Positions 49,277 through 57,821 of a stretch of 64,000 bases of DNA are shown here, in pieces. The translations under genes were made by a program, and so were the position numbers. Each line of letters starts with the position of its first letter. Position 1 is the stretch's first letter. Under the pieces are notes generated by a model that had not been told where the DNA came from, ran no database searches, and saw only the letters and a program-made list of their open reading frames with translations. This DNA is from an uncultured bacterium. GTDB lineage: Bacteria > Patescibacteriota > Minisyncoccia > Phycocordibacterales > CAINVO01. The stretch spans positions 2,557-66,556 of the forward strand of contig CAINVO010000029.1 in the NCBI GenBank assembly GCA_903854195.1, given 5' to 3'.

Positions 49277-50818
49277 TTATTCTTGGCTTAAAGAGGCCAA
49301 AGTCTTAATTGCACGCATAATATCTTTTTTTATAAGTGGAAAAGTTTTAATTTTTTTAGCTTCTGCAAGAAATACCATAGCTTTCTCTGCTATTTTTTGT
49401 TCATCCTCGTCCAAACTACCTAAATTACTTTTTAAGGACCTCTCCAATGCTGCCGCCTTCTTTTTAATTACAACCTCCTTAGGATTTCCTGAGATCAAAA
49501 CATTCTCTAAAACTTCAATCTTTTCATTTATATCTTCCAATGCCCCTTTCCTTTCATTCGAAGATTCTTCCTCTTCTAAGGCACCTGGAGGTACAACTGA
49601 TTCACCCTCTAGTTCTTGAGGTGGTTGCTGCTCATCTTCTACGTTGCCACCCTCAGATGTTTGAACAGGTGTATGAGTTTGGGTAGGGTCGACATCAACT
49701 GTTGAGCTGGAATTATTGCCCTGATCTACAACATCCTCATCCACCCCGTCTTCAGAAATGGTTTCACCTGAAGAATGATTTGGGGTGTGTTTATTCCTAA
49801 ACCTTTCCCATGATTTTATTTTTGATTCAACCCCATCAAGATATTCATCTCTTCTTTCTTTCTCACGTTTCATTGCGTCAATCTTCATATCCAAAAGTTC
49901 AGCACTATTTATATGATCCTTTAATGCTTCAGAGATTTGATGATAAGCATCCTCACCAATAAGTTCTCGATCTTCAAGCACAGTCTCATACTCAGTGATA
50001 GTATTTTCCAATTCACCCAAACTGTTTATTGCCTCCTCTATTCCCCTTCCAAGTTCAACACTTTGAATAGCCTTATTTTCATAGTCTGCTCTTTTCTTTA
50101 GACTATCAATAGCTACATCAACTTTTCCGTTAAAATCTGACTCCAGTTGAGCCATTTTTTCTTTATATTTTTCAATATCAGCTTTATATAAATCTTGTTT
50201 TCTAGCTCTCTCATCAATAGCTGTATTTAGTCTCTGTATTTTTTCATCGGCTTGAGCTTGCTTTTCATTTTTAGTCCTTTCGTAAAGTTCAACGAGAAAA
50301 GGATCTTTGATTGCTGACAAGCGTTCAGTAAAAATCTGTTGATCTTCATCGTTCTTTTTGGCAACCAACACTGACTGCTCCCTAAGATCACCTATCTCTC
50401 CAGATAATTCTTGAATGTCGCTCTCTTTCAAATCTATAAGATCAGCAGCTCCTCCGCTAGCACGTTTAAATTTCCATTTATCAACTGTTCTGAGTTTTAC
50501 ATAGTCATAAACATTACTAATCCATTCAGGTTTTTTTCTAGAAATTTTATTAATCCTAGAAGCTCTCCAATCTGCATCCTTCTTTTTCTTTTCTGTCTCA
50601 GCTCCTTCCACCTTATCTACTTGGTCCATCCTATCCACTACATCAGCTTTCTCCGCATGTATAGTTTCAGGTGGAGTAGCAGAAGAAGACTCCGCAACCC
50701 CTGGTGCATCTTTTTCAGTCACTGGAATATTTAGTGGTACTTCAGATTCTGGAACGATAGCTTTTGGAAGTTCATTAGTCTTAATGGGAATTGCACCCGG
50801 GTTTGATTCATTTGTCAT
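49277..50818 (-). CDS. Acidic coiled-coil hypothetical protein
   Basis: 513-aa E/K/D-rich ORF with long heptad regions; TATAAT upstream. Confidence 0.7.
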   Translation of the reverse strand: MTNESNPGAIPIKTNELPKAIVPESEVPLNIPVTEKDAPGVAESSSATPPETIHAEKADVVDRMDQVDKVEGAETEKKKKDADWRASRINKISRKKPEWISNVYDYVKLRTVDKWKFKRASGGAADLIDLKESDIQELSGEIGDLREQSVLVAKKNDEDQQIFTERLSAIKDPFLVELYERTKNEKQAQADEKIQRLNTAIDERARKQDLYKADIEKYKEKMAQLESDFNGKVDVAIDSLKKRADYENKAIQSVELGRGIEEAINSLGELENTITEYETVLEDRELIGEDAYHQISEALKDHINSAELLDMKIDAMKREKERRDEYLDGVESKIKSWERFRNKHTPNHSSGETISEDGVDEDVVDQGNNSSSTVDVDPTQTHTPVQTSEGGNVEDEQQPPQELEGESVVPPGALEEEESSNERKGALEDINEKIEVLENVLISGNPKEVVIKKKAAALERSLKSNLGSLDEDEQKIAEKAMVFLAEAKKIKTFPLIKKDIMRAIKTLASLSQE

Positions 50819-50915
50819 ATGTTGTACAAATTATAACTCAAAAAAAATTTGTGTGCGACTGCGACATTGTTTGATTTATCAAATAATAAGTACTCCTGTG
50901 GTGCGGCATTGTTAT

Positions 50916-50976
50916 CAGCAGGAATCGGTCACAAGTCACTAAGTCTGCTCGGCATGAAGTCGGGATTTTTTATATG
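50916..50976 (-). repeat. Degenerate tRNA-anchored element downstream of tRNA-Arg
   Basis: 12-bp direct repeat CAGCAGGAATCG (50916-27 vs tRNA 50983-94); minus-strand junction TGTGACC|GATTCCTGCTG. Confidence 0.55.
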
Positions 50977-51048
50977 TGCCACCAGCAGGAATCGAACCTG
51001 CAATTACTCCTTAGGACGGAGTAGTTATATCCATTTAACTATAGCGGC
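50977..51048 (-). tRNA. tRNA-Arg(CCT)
   Basis: Minus strand GCCGCTA/TGGTGGC, ACTCC-GT-CCT-AA-GGAGT, GGTTCGATTCC. Confidence 0.88.
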
Positions 51049-51133
51049 AAAGTGACCAAAAAAAATTTGGCCAGCAATTATAACTAGGTAAACCATAAAA
51101 CAGACTGCGAGAAGTCTGCAAACAATCTACAAA

Positions 51134-51367
51134 CTACCCTTGTGCCAACTCGAGAAGATGCTCGCGATCAAAACCAACCATGATCTGACCATCAATTTCA
51201 ATTACAGGCACCCCCATTTGACCACTTTTTTCAATCATTTCCTTACGTCTGATGATATCCGCCTGAACATTTACTTCTTCAAAAGAAATATTTTTCTCTG
51301 TTAATAAATCTTTTGCCATCTTACAATATGTACAGGTTGGTGTGCTATAAATTGTGATTTTTTTCAT
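51134..51367 (-). CDS. Glutaredoxin-family protein
   Basis: IYSTPTCTYC, SGQMGVPVI and GFD. Start MKKIT at 51367. Confidence 0.9.
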   Translation of the reverse strand: MKKITIYSTPTCTYCKMAKDLLTEKNISFEEVNVQADIIRRKEMIEKSGQMGVPVIEIDGQIMVGFDREHLLELAQG

Positions 51368-51548
51368 ATTACGACAATTATACCTGAAAGGAATTTGGTA
51401 GCAACTAAGGAAATAAATCCCAAAAAATCGAGACAATTTAAAGTTTTAACAAGAAATATATCCCCACCGGCCCCGGGCAACGCCACAAAAATAAAGACCA
51501 CCAAACGTTGTTACGTTCGGCGGTCTATTTTTACATTGCCCATTGGCG

Positions 51549-52949
51549 CTATTTTGAACGACGCAATCGTCCTAACAGGCGCGAACATTTAAAGAGAAAC
51601 TTCCTGAGGAAACCCTTTGCAAATGGGTTAAAAACACTAGTCACAACAAACGCACCATAGATCGCACGAATTGCATTTTCATAGTCATTGTTTTCAACTC
51701 CAATGATAATGCTAATTTCACTCGAACCCTGACTAATCATTCTTATATTGATTCCTTTTTTTGCTAAAGCCAAAAAAACTTTGGCCGCAACCCCTGGGGT
51801 GTGTACCATTTCCTTACCCACTACAGCGATCAATGCCATGTTGGGAATAGTCACAACAAGGTCTGGTGACATTGTGTTCCTAATAATACTTGCCACAACC
51901 TCAAGCTGCCCTCTTAGTTGACGGTCATCTATGATGACGCTCCAAGTATCAATACCACTTGGTGTATGTTCAAAACTAATACGCTTCCTTTCTAGAATTG
52001 TACAAATTTGACGAACGAAACCAACTTGAAGATTCATCAACATTTTTTCAACTTTGATTACTGAGAAATCTTTTCGGCCGGCAACACCAACAATGATATT
52101 AGGATTTTTCCCTTTAGGGCTTTCTGAAACAATCAAAGTGCCTGGATCATTTGGTTTGTTTGTATTTTTGATAACTGTGTTAATCTTTGCTTCCCATACA
52201 GGAAACATAGCCTCTTCATGAAAAACATTTGCTCCCATATAAGTGAGCTCACGTAGTTCTTGATAAGTAACGACTTCGATCCTTTGCGGATCTTTTACCA
52301 CACGAGGATCTGCCATCAAAATACCGGAAACGTCGGTCCAATTTTCATATAAGTCTGCCTTAGTTGCTCGGGCAATTATCGCCCCAGTAACATCAGAACC
52401 CCCACGTGAGAAAGTCTTGATTGTTCCATCAGGTTTTGACCCATAGAACCCGGGTATAACAACCCTGCGACCTTTCAAACTTTCTAATGCATCGCGAATA
52501 TGTTGATCATCTTTTATATGACGACCATTTTTATCAAACCGAATACAATCGGCTGCATCAAGAAATTCACAACCAAGAGCTCCTGCAACAATCTTTGCCA
52601 TGAGATATTCACCTCTACTGACAAGATAGTCTTCTGAAGCCCCCAATCTCATGTTGTTACTTATCTCATCGAACTCGCTGTTCATATTTATCTTTAAACT
52701 GAATCCGTTTGCGATTTCAACAAAACGATCAATCACGAGATTTTTAATTTCCTCCGATGACTGACCAAGACTATTTAGTCTGTACCATTCTTTGAGAAGA
52801 TCGGTGACCTTCACATCAAATGGTGATCTTTTTCCTGGAGCTGAGACTACGATATATCGACGTGAAGAATCCAAAAATACTATACATTGGACCTTCACAA
52901 TCTGGCGCGCATCAGCAAGTGATGTTCCTCCAAATTTACAAACTTTAAT
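51549..52949 (-). CDS. lysC: Aspartate kinase with C-terminal ACT domains; apparent ATT/ATA start
   Basis: IKVCKFGGTSLAD upstream of the ORF-track GTG; VVSAPG, SRGE, FSRGGSD, WTDV and ADPR motifs; AGGAGG 7 nt before ATT. Confidence 0.88.
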   Translation of the reverse strand: MKVCKFGGTSLADARQIVKVQCIVFLDSSRRYIVVSAPGKRSPFDVKVTDLLKEWYRLNSLGQSSEEIKNLVIDRFVEIANGFSLKINMNSEFDEISNNMRLGASEDYLVSRGEYLMAKIVAGALGCEFLDAADCIRFDKNGRHIKDDQHIRDALESLKGRRVVIPGFYGSKPDGTIKTFSRGGSDVTGAIIARATKADLYENWTDVSGILMADPRVVKDPQRIEVVTYQELRELTYMGANVFHEEAMFPVWEAKINTVIKNTNKPNDPGTLIVSESPKGKNPNIIVGVAGRKDFSVIKVEKMLMNLQVGFVRQICTILERKRISFEHTPSGIDTWSVIIDDRQLRGQLEVVASIIRNTMSPDLVVTIPNMALIAVVGKEMVHTPGVAAKVFLALAKKGINIRMISQGSSEISIIIGVENNDYENAIRAIYGAFVVTSVFNPFAKGFLRKFLFKCSRLLGRLRRSK

Positions 52950-53094
52950 TATTTTTCCTCCTATTTTTTACGTTATTTAAGTCAAAGATTCATTAGATTT
53001 CTAATTCGTATACTACGTAAAAGAAGTAAAAAAGCAAGGGGCCTAAAATTTTCAAAATCAACTTAATTTAAAGAAAAACATCTGTGCAAATCTG

Positions 53095-53165
53095 TGCGGG
53101 TAGCGAGAATCGAACTCGCGTCTCAACCTTGGGAAGGTCGCATTCTACCACTAGACCATACCCGC
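53095..53165 (-). tRNA. tRNA-Gly(CCC)
   Basis: Minus strand GCGGGTA/TACCCGC, CGACC-TT-CCC-AA-GGTTG, AGTTCGATTC. Confidence 0.93.
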
Positions 53166-53180
53166 ATCACCAATTTCAAA

Positions 53181-53561
53181 TTAAAAAATATTTTTAATGT
53201 CGTTCCATATATTACCAAAAAAACCCGCCTTCTCTTCTGTTGTACTAGCACTAGAAGTCGAATCAACTATTACAAAAACTTTTTCTCCATCTTTTGACAC
53301 TTGAAATTTTTGACGTATCTCCTCCTCTACCCCTTCATCAGTATCGAGGTGAGATAAAGATTTTTGTAAATCAGCCTGGCGACCCTGAAGTTTGGCTAGT
53401 TCGACTGACACACGGTCGGCATTTTGGGAACTTTCTTGATATTTTTGATAGATATTCCACGTACCTCTACCTACTAAAATAATGAGAAAAAATAATATTA
53501 CGGCAGTAGTTTTAGAATATATTTTTCTGCGTGTATTCCTCTTCTGTTGAAATTCTCTCAT
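53181..53561 (-). CDS. Septum formation initiator family protein (FtsB/DivIC-like)
   Basis: TM, coiled coil, and EEEIRQKFQVSKDGEKVFVI. Confidence 0.75.
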   Translation of the reverse strand: MREFQQKRNTRRKIYSKTTAVILFFLIILVGRGTWNIYQKYQESSQNADRVSVELAKLQGRQADLQKSLSHLDTDEGVEEEIRQKFQVSKDGEKVFVIVDSTSSASTTEEKAGFFGNIWNDIKNIF

Positions 53562-53580
53562 TAAAATGTATTATACATTA

Positions 53581-53691
53581 ATGCTATTCGAACGAAAACA
53601 CAAAAAAACAATAAATTTCATCTGGGGAGTACTTTGTATATTGATAGCAATCAGTATGATCTTACTCTACATGCCAAACCTTTTCAGTTAG
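53581..53691 (+). CDS. 36-aa single-TM microprotein (not in the ORF track)
   Basis: MLFERKHKKTINFIWGVLCILIAISMILLYMPNLFS*; TATTAT 6 nt upstream. Confidence 0.6.
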   Translation: MLFERKHKKTINFIWGVLCILIAISMILLYMPNLFS

Positions 53692-53732
53692 ATAGAGGGC
53701 TGATTTAATAATATCCACATAGTCAAAGATTA

Positions 53733-53919
53733 GGAATAATAATCATTCTCTGTTTCTGAACGAGTTAGTGTAGACAGCTACAACATCATGAACTTTTTAG
53801 AACATGTTCACTGTCTGACGAGTGAAACGAGGAGTTTGAAAATATTCGTAAAAAAAGTGAATAGATATTGTTTGCTGTCGAAACGCTTTAGTGAAGGGAC
53901 GGGGGATGAATATTATTCC
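53733..53919 (+). repeat. Long imperfect palindromic element abutting the lepA stop codon
   Basis: GGAATAATAATCATTCTCTGTTTCT pairs with AGGGACGGGGGATGAATATTATTCC (G-U rich); inner GACAGC/GCTGTC. Confidence 0.6.
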
Positions 53920-55769
53920 CCACTCTTCATCATCTTCAAAAAAGTCTCATGCGGAATATTTACATTACCTCTACCCCTTTCAGCCATTTTCTTTTTACCT
54001 TTTTTCTGTTTTTCACGGAGCTTCATTTTTCGAGTAATATCTCCTCCGTACATATGTTGAGTCACATCTTTTCTCATAGCAGACAATGTCTTTGAAGCAA
54101 TAATGCGTCCAAGACCTCTTCCTTGAATCTTAGTTACGAACATTTGCTGTGGCAAAATATTTGCGAGTTTTTCTACTGCTTTTTCAGCATCCTCTTGTAC
54201 GCGACGCACTGACACTACTTTTGCAAAAGCCACTACTGGCTCATCTGCTACCAATATATCAAGTCGGCACACATCAGCCTTTCTCATGCCATCATAATCA
54301 TAAGATAGTGAAGCAAAACCGGATGACACACTTTTCAACTCATCAAAAAAGTTACGCATGAGCTCGCGCAATGGCATTTTGATAGTTAGAGCTGTACGAG
54401 TATCTCCACCGCTATCATGCCCAAAAGTTTCAGTCTCTCCTGCTTCAGCTTCATGTTCATAAAGCATTGGCATAATTGCACCAAGATATTCTGATGGGCT
54501 AATTATTTTTACTTTTACCCAAGGCTCGAGAATTTCTACTACTTCGTGCAGATCTGGAAAAAGTGAAGGTGAATAAATGATTTTTTTCTGACCATTTTTA
54601 TAAGTAACTTCGTATGTGATTGAAGGTGTGGCAATTATAAGATTTAGACGGAACTCTCGTTTAAGTCTTTCTGTAATAATTTCTAGGTGAAGCAGTCCCA
54701 AAAAACCACAACGGAAACCTCGTCCGAGTGAACCTGATGATTCTTCTTCAAAAGTAAAGGATGAGTCAGACAAACGAAGTCTACCAAGTGCCTGTCTAAA
54801 CAAATCAAAATCGTCCTGACTTTCTGGATAAATAGATGCCCATACGACTGGCGCTGGACTCATGTATCCGGGAAGTTCTGGTAAGGGTGTGCGGAAAGCA
54901 GTAACGGTATCTCCCACTGATGCAATACCTGGTTTTTTAATACCAGTCACAATATATCCAATTTCTCCAGCTGAAAGATTTTCACATGGAGTTTCTATAG
55001 GATTAAAAGTACCGACTTCTAGTGCTGTAAATTTTTCATCTGCAATTTTAAAAAGTAATGGTGTATTTTTTGCTACCATTCCATCGAAGCATCGTATAAA
55101 AACAATTACACCCTTGTGATTTGAATATTGAAAATCAAAAACCAGAGAACGAAAACTTTGACTGTTTTCAAACTCTTCGTGTGGTGGAGGAACTTTGCGA
55201 ACAATCTCCTGTAAAAGTTTTTCTACACCCTGTCCTGTTTTTCCAGAAGTCTCAAGGATTTCATCCGCTGAACACTTGAGAAGTTTCATAACTTCATCCT
55301 TTATGTCAGCAATACGAGCCAAAGGTGAATCTACCTTTGAAAGCACCGGAATGATTGTAAGCCCACTATTTCGTGCCATTTCAAGTGTGGTAAGAGTCTG
55401 TGCTTGAACCCCTTGAGTAGCGTCTACGAGCAAAATACAGCCTTCTACAGCCTTTAGGGCACGAGATACTTCATAGAAGAAATCTATATGTCCGGGGGTA
55501 TCAATAAGATTCAAGATATATTCTGGAGCACCTATCTCCTTTTCCAAATCAGCCTTAGTTTTACCAGTTGGAGTGTAATCCATGCGTACTGGACGCATTT
55601 TTATAGTAATCCCCTTTTCCTGCTCAAGTTCCATATCATCAAGGACACGATCATGCATTTTTCTTTTCTCAATCGTATTGGTAATTTCAAGCATGCGGTC
55701 AGCCAAAGTGGACTTACCGTGATCAATATGGGCTATGATACTAAAGTTTCTAATGTGACGTAAATTCAT
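53913..55769 (-). CDS. lepA: Elongation factor 4 (LepA)
   Basis: IRNFSIIAHIDHGKSTLADR, DTPGH, GFRCGFLGLLH and YGGDITRKMKL motifs. Confidence 0.96.
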   Translation of the reverse strand: MNLRHIRNFSIIAHIDHGKSTLADRMLEITNTIEKRKMHDRVLDDMELEQEKGITIKMRPVRMDYTPTGKTKADLEKEIGAPEYILNLIDTPGHIDFFYEVSRALKAVEGCILLVDATQGVQAQTLTTLEMARNSGLTIIPVLSKVDSPLARIADIKDEVMKLLKCSADEILETSGKTGQGVEKLLQEIVRKVPPPHEEFENSQSFRSLVFDFQYSNHKGVIVFIRCFDGMVAKNTPLLFKIADEKFTALEVGTFNPIETPCENLSAGEIGYIVTGIKKPGIASVGDTVTAFRTPLPELPGYMSPAPVVWASIYPESQDDFDLFRQALGRLRLSDSSFTFEEESSGSLGRGFRCGFLGLLHLEIITERLKREFRLNLIIATPSITYEVTYKNGQKKIIYSPSLFPDLHEVVEILEPWVKVKIISPSEYLGAIMPMLYEHEAEAGETETFGHDSGGDTRTALTIKMPLRELMRNFFDELKSVSSGFASLSYDYDGMRKADVCRLDILVADEPVVAFAKVVSVRRVQEDAEKAVEKLANILPQQMFVTKIQGRGLGRIIASKTLSAMRKDVTQHMYGGDITRKMKLREKQKKGKKKMAERGRGNVNIPHETFLKMMKSGE

Positions 55770-55861
55770 AATTGTTGTGCAAATATTCACCAGCATCTGC
55801 TGGAAAAATGCGATTGGGGTCACTATATCACAAAATACCTATATAGAAAAAATTTAAAAAA

Positions 55862-56539
55862 CTATCTATTCTTTCTATCCTCAACAACTTTTCCATCACT
55901 TAGACGAATAGTTCTTTCGGTCATTTTTCCATATTCCTCTTCGTGAGTAACCATAATAATAGTCTGTCCTTCTTTATGAAGTTCCTTAAATAAATCTATA
56001 ACTACCCGAGATGACTCCGTATCTAGATTGGCGGTTGGCTCATCTGCAAAAAGTATTTTTGGTTTATGAGCAATCGCTCTTGCAACGCTAACGCGCTGTT
56101 GTTCTCCACCAGAAAGTTGACTAGGTAGATTTCCTGGCCGATGACCAAGGTTTACTCTATCTAAGGCCTTCTTAGCTACACTATATGCATGTTCAGTTGT
56201 TTTCCCTTGCATTATTAAAGGTAGTGCAACATTTTCAAGAGCCGTAAGATCTGGAAGCAATGCATAATCCTGAAAAACATATCCAAGCTTATGGAGGCGA
56301 TATTTTGTACGATCATCACTTGAAAGATCTGTTGCATTGACCCCATCAATAATAATATCTCCGGAGCTAGGATGATCTAGTAAACTGATTTGATAAAGCA
56401 AAGTACTTTTACCTGCACCTGATCGCCCCATAATTGCAACAAACTCTCCATCCTCAATAGAAAAATTTATATCCTTAAGCACAGGTGTTTCAACCTTTCC
56501 GTCGTGATATGTTTTTATTAAGTTTTTTATTTCTATCAT
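55862..56539 (-). CDS. ABC transporter ATP-binding protein (MacB/LolD-like)
   Basis: GRSGAGKS, LSGGEQQR, ADEPTANLD and VTHE. Confidence 0.93.
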   Translation of the reverse strand: MIEIKNLIKTYHDGKVETPVLKDINFSIEDGEFVAIMGRSGAGKSTLLYQISLLDHPSSGDIIIDGVNATDLSSDDRTKYRLHKLGYVFQDYALLPDLTALENVALPLIMQGKTTEHAYSVAKKALDRVNLGHRPGNLPSQLSGGEQQRVSVARAIAHKPKILFADEPTANLDTESSRVVIDLFKELHKEGQTIIMVTHEEEYGKMTERTIRLSDGKVVEDRKNR

Positions 56540-56568
56540 TTTTTTTATTTTATTTATCTGCAGATATT

Positions 56569-57819
56569 TTACCTACCTAGAATAGCGTCCAAAGTGTTTC
56601 TCTTTACAATAATTCTGGCTGGAATATATCCGGCGACAACTGTCGTAATCAATAGAATAATCACTCTAATTGATGTCCCGGCAACGGTTACATAAATTAT
56701 GCCATCACTAAATGGAAAATTTATAGGATGTGCATTCACATATGGCACCAAAAAACCATACAAGAACAACACCCCAAGCCCCGTACCCGAAAGTGCATAG
56801 AAAATTGATTGAAAAATATATGAATACTCAATTGCCCGTGAATCAATACCTATACCTTTCAAAATACCGATAAACTTTCTACGAGTAATTGCGTTAACGA
56901 AAATAACAATAAATATAGTAATAGATGCAACAACAAGACCGATAGAACCGAGCATATTTCCTAGAAGTGAAAATGTCTGAGCAATATCCTTAAGAAATTT
57001 AGGTTGTGCCTCTAAATATGTCTGAATTTTTGCACCCTGATCAAAACCATTTTTGACTAAAATATTTTTTACAAACAAAGGATCTACCCCAGGTTTTAGA
57101 ACAACAGAAATTTCATTAAGATTTAAATCATCTCTACCTATAATACTTCGGAGTTGAGAATCTACCATAAAAATACGTTGATCGAGCTCCCCGACCTTAC
57201 TTTTAACTATTCCTTTTATCAACACCTCTCTTGTTGTTGATCCAATATGAAGTCTGACCAACGAGCCTACCCCTGCGGTTTTTAAGTTTTTAAGTCCAGG
57301 TGTATCAATTGGTGTGTACTTATACAAAAGATCAGCACCAAGCAAAATTTTGTCATAATCATCCGGTGCCAAATATGAACCTTCAATCATTAAACCTCCT
57401 ATACCAGAAAAATTATTTTCTTTTACCGGATCAATACCAGCAATGACACCACCAGCACTTTCAGTGACATCACTATCACGTGTTTTTGTTTTATATCCTG
57501 ATTCAACAGTACCTCCTGCAAGATACCTCCCACTTAGAAGACTGACCTGCGGCAAGCCATTTAGTATGTTTAATATTCCACTTGTATTTTCAATATAGGC
57601 CTTTTGATTTAAATTAGAAATAATCAAATCCCCAGTATATTTATTTTTTTCTGCGGTCACCGCTCCTTGCATCAAACCCACCAAAACTCCGTTAATAACA
57701 ACAAGATTTAAGAATGTTAAGGTCATAACAAACATAATCAAAATTGTAGTCCAAAGACTAGCATGCTTTATTTGCCTAATTGCTAGAAAAAATCCTACTC
57801 TTATTGGAACAAATGACAT
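56569..57819 (-). CDS. ABC transporter permease (FtsX/MacB-like)
   Basis: TM, large extracytoplasmic domain, then 3 TMs; RRKFIGILKGIG and GYIPAR. Confidence 0.87.
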   Translation of the reverse strand: MSFVPIRVGFFLAIRQIKHASLWTTILIMFVMTLTFLNLVVINGVLVGLMQGAVTAEKNKYTGDLIISNLNQKAYIENTSGILNILNGLPQVSLLSGRYLAGGTVESGYKTKTRDSDVTESAGGVIAGIDPVKENNFSGIGGLMIEGSYLAPDDYDKILLGADLLYKYTPIDTPGLKNLKTAGVGSLVRLHIGSTTREVLIKGIVKSKVGELDQRIFMVDSQLRSIIGRDDLNLNEISVVLKPGVDPLFVKNILVKNGFDQGAKIQTYLEAQPKFLKDIAQTFSLLGNMLGSIGLVVASITIFIVIFVNAITRRKFIGILKGIGIDSRAIEYSYIFQSIFYALSGTGLGVLFLYGFLVPYVNAHPINFPFSDGIIYVTVAGTSIRVIILLITTVVAGYIPARIIVKRNTLDAILGR

Positions 57820-57821
57820 TT

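Noticed and set aside
53815-53835. CTGACGA..GAAAC as a hammerhead ribozyme core
   Set aside because: No stem II between CUGANGA and GAAA, and no stem I/III geometry found.
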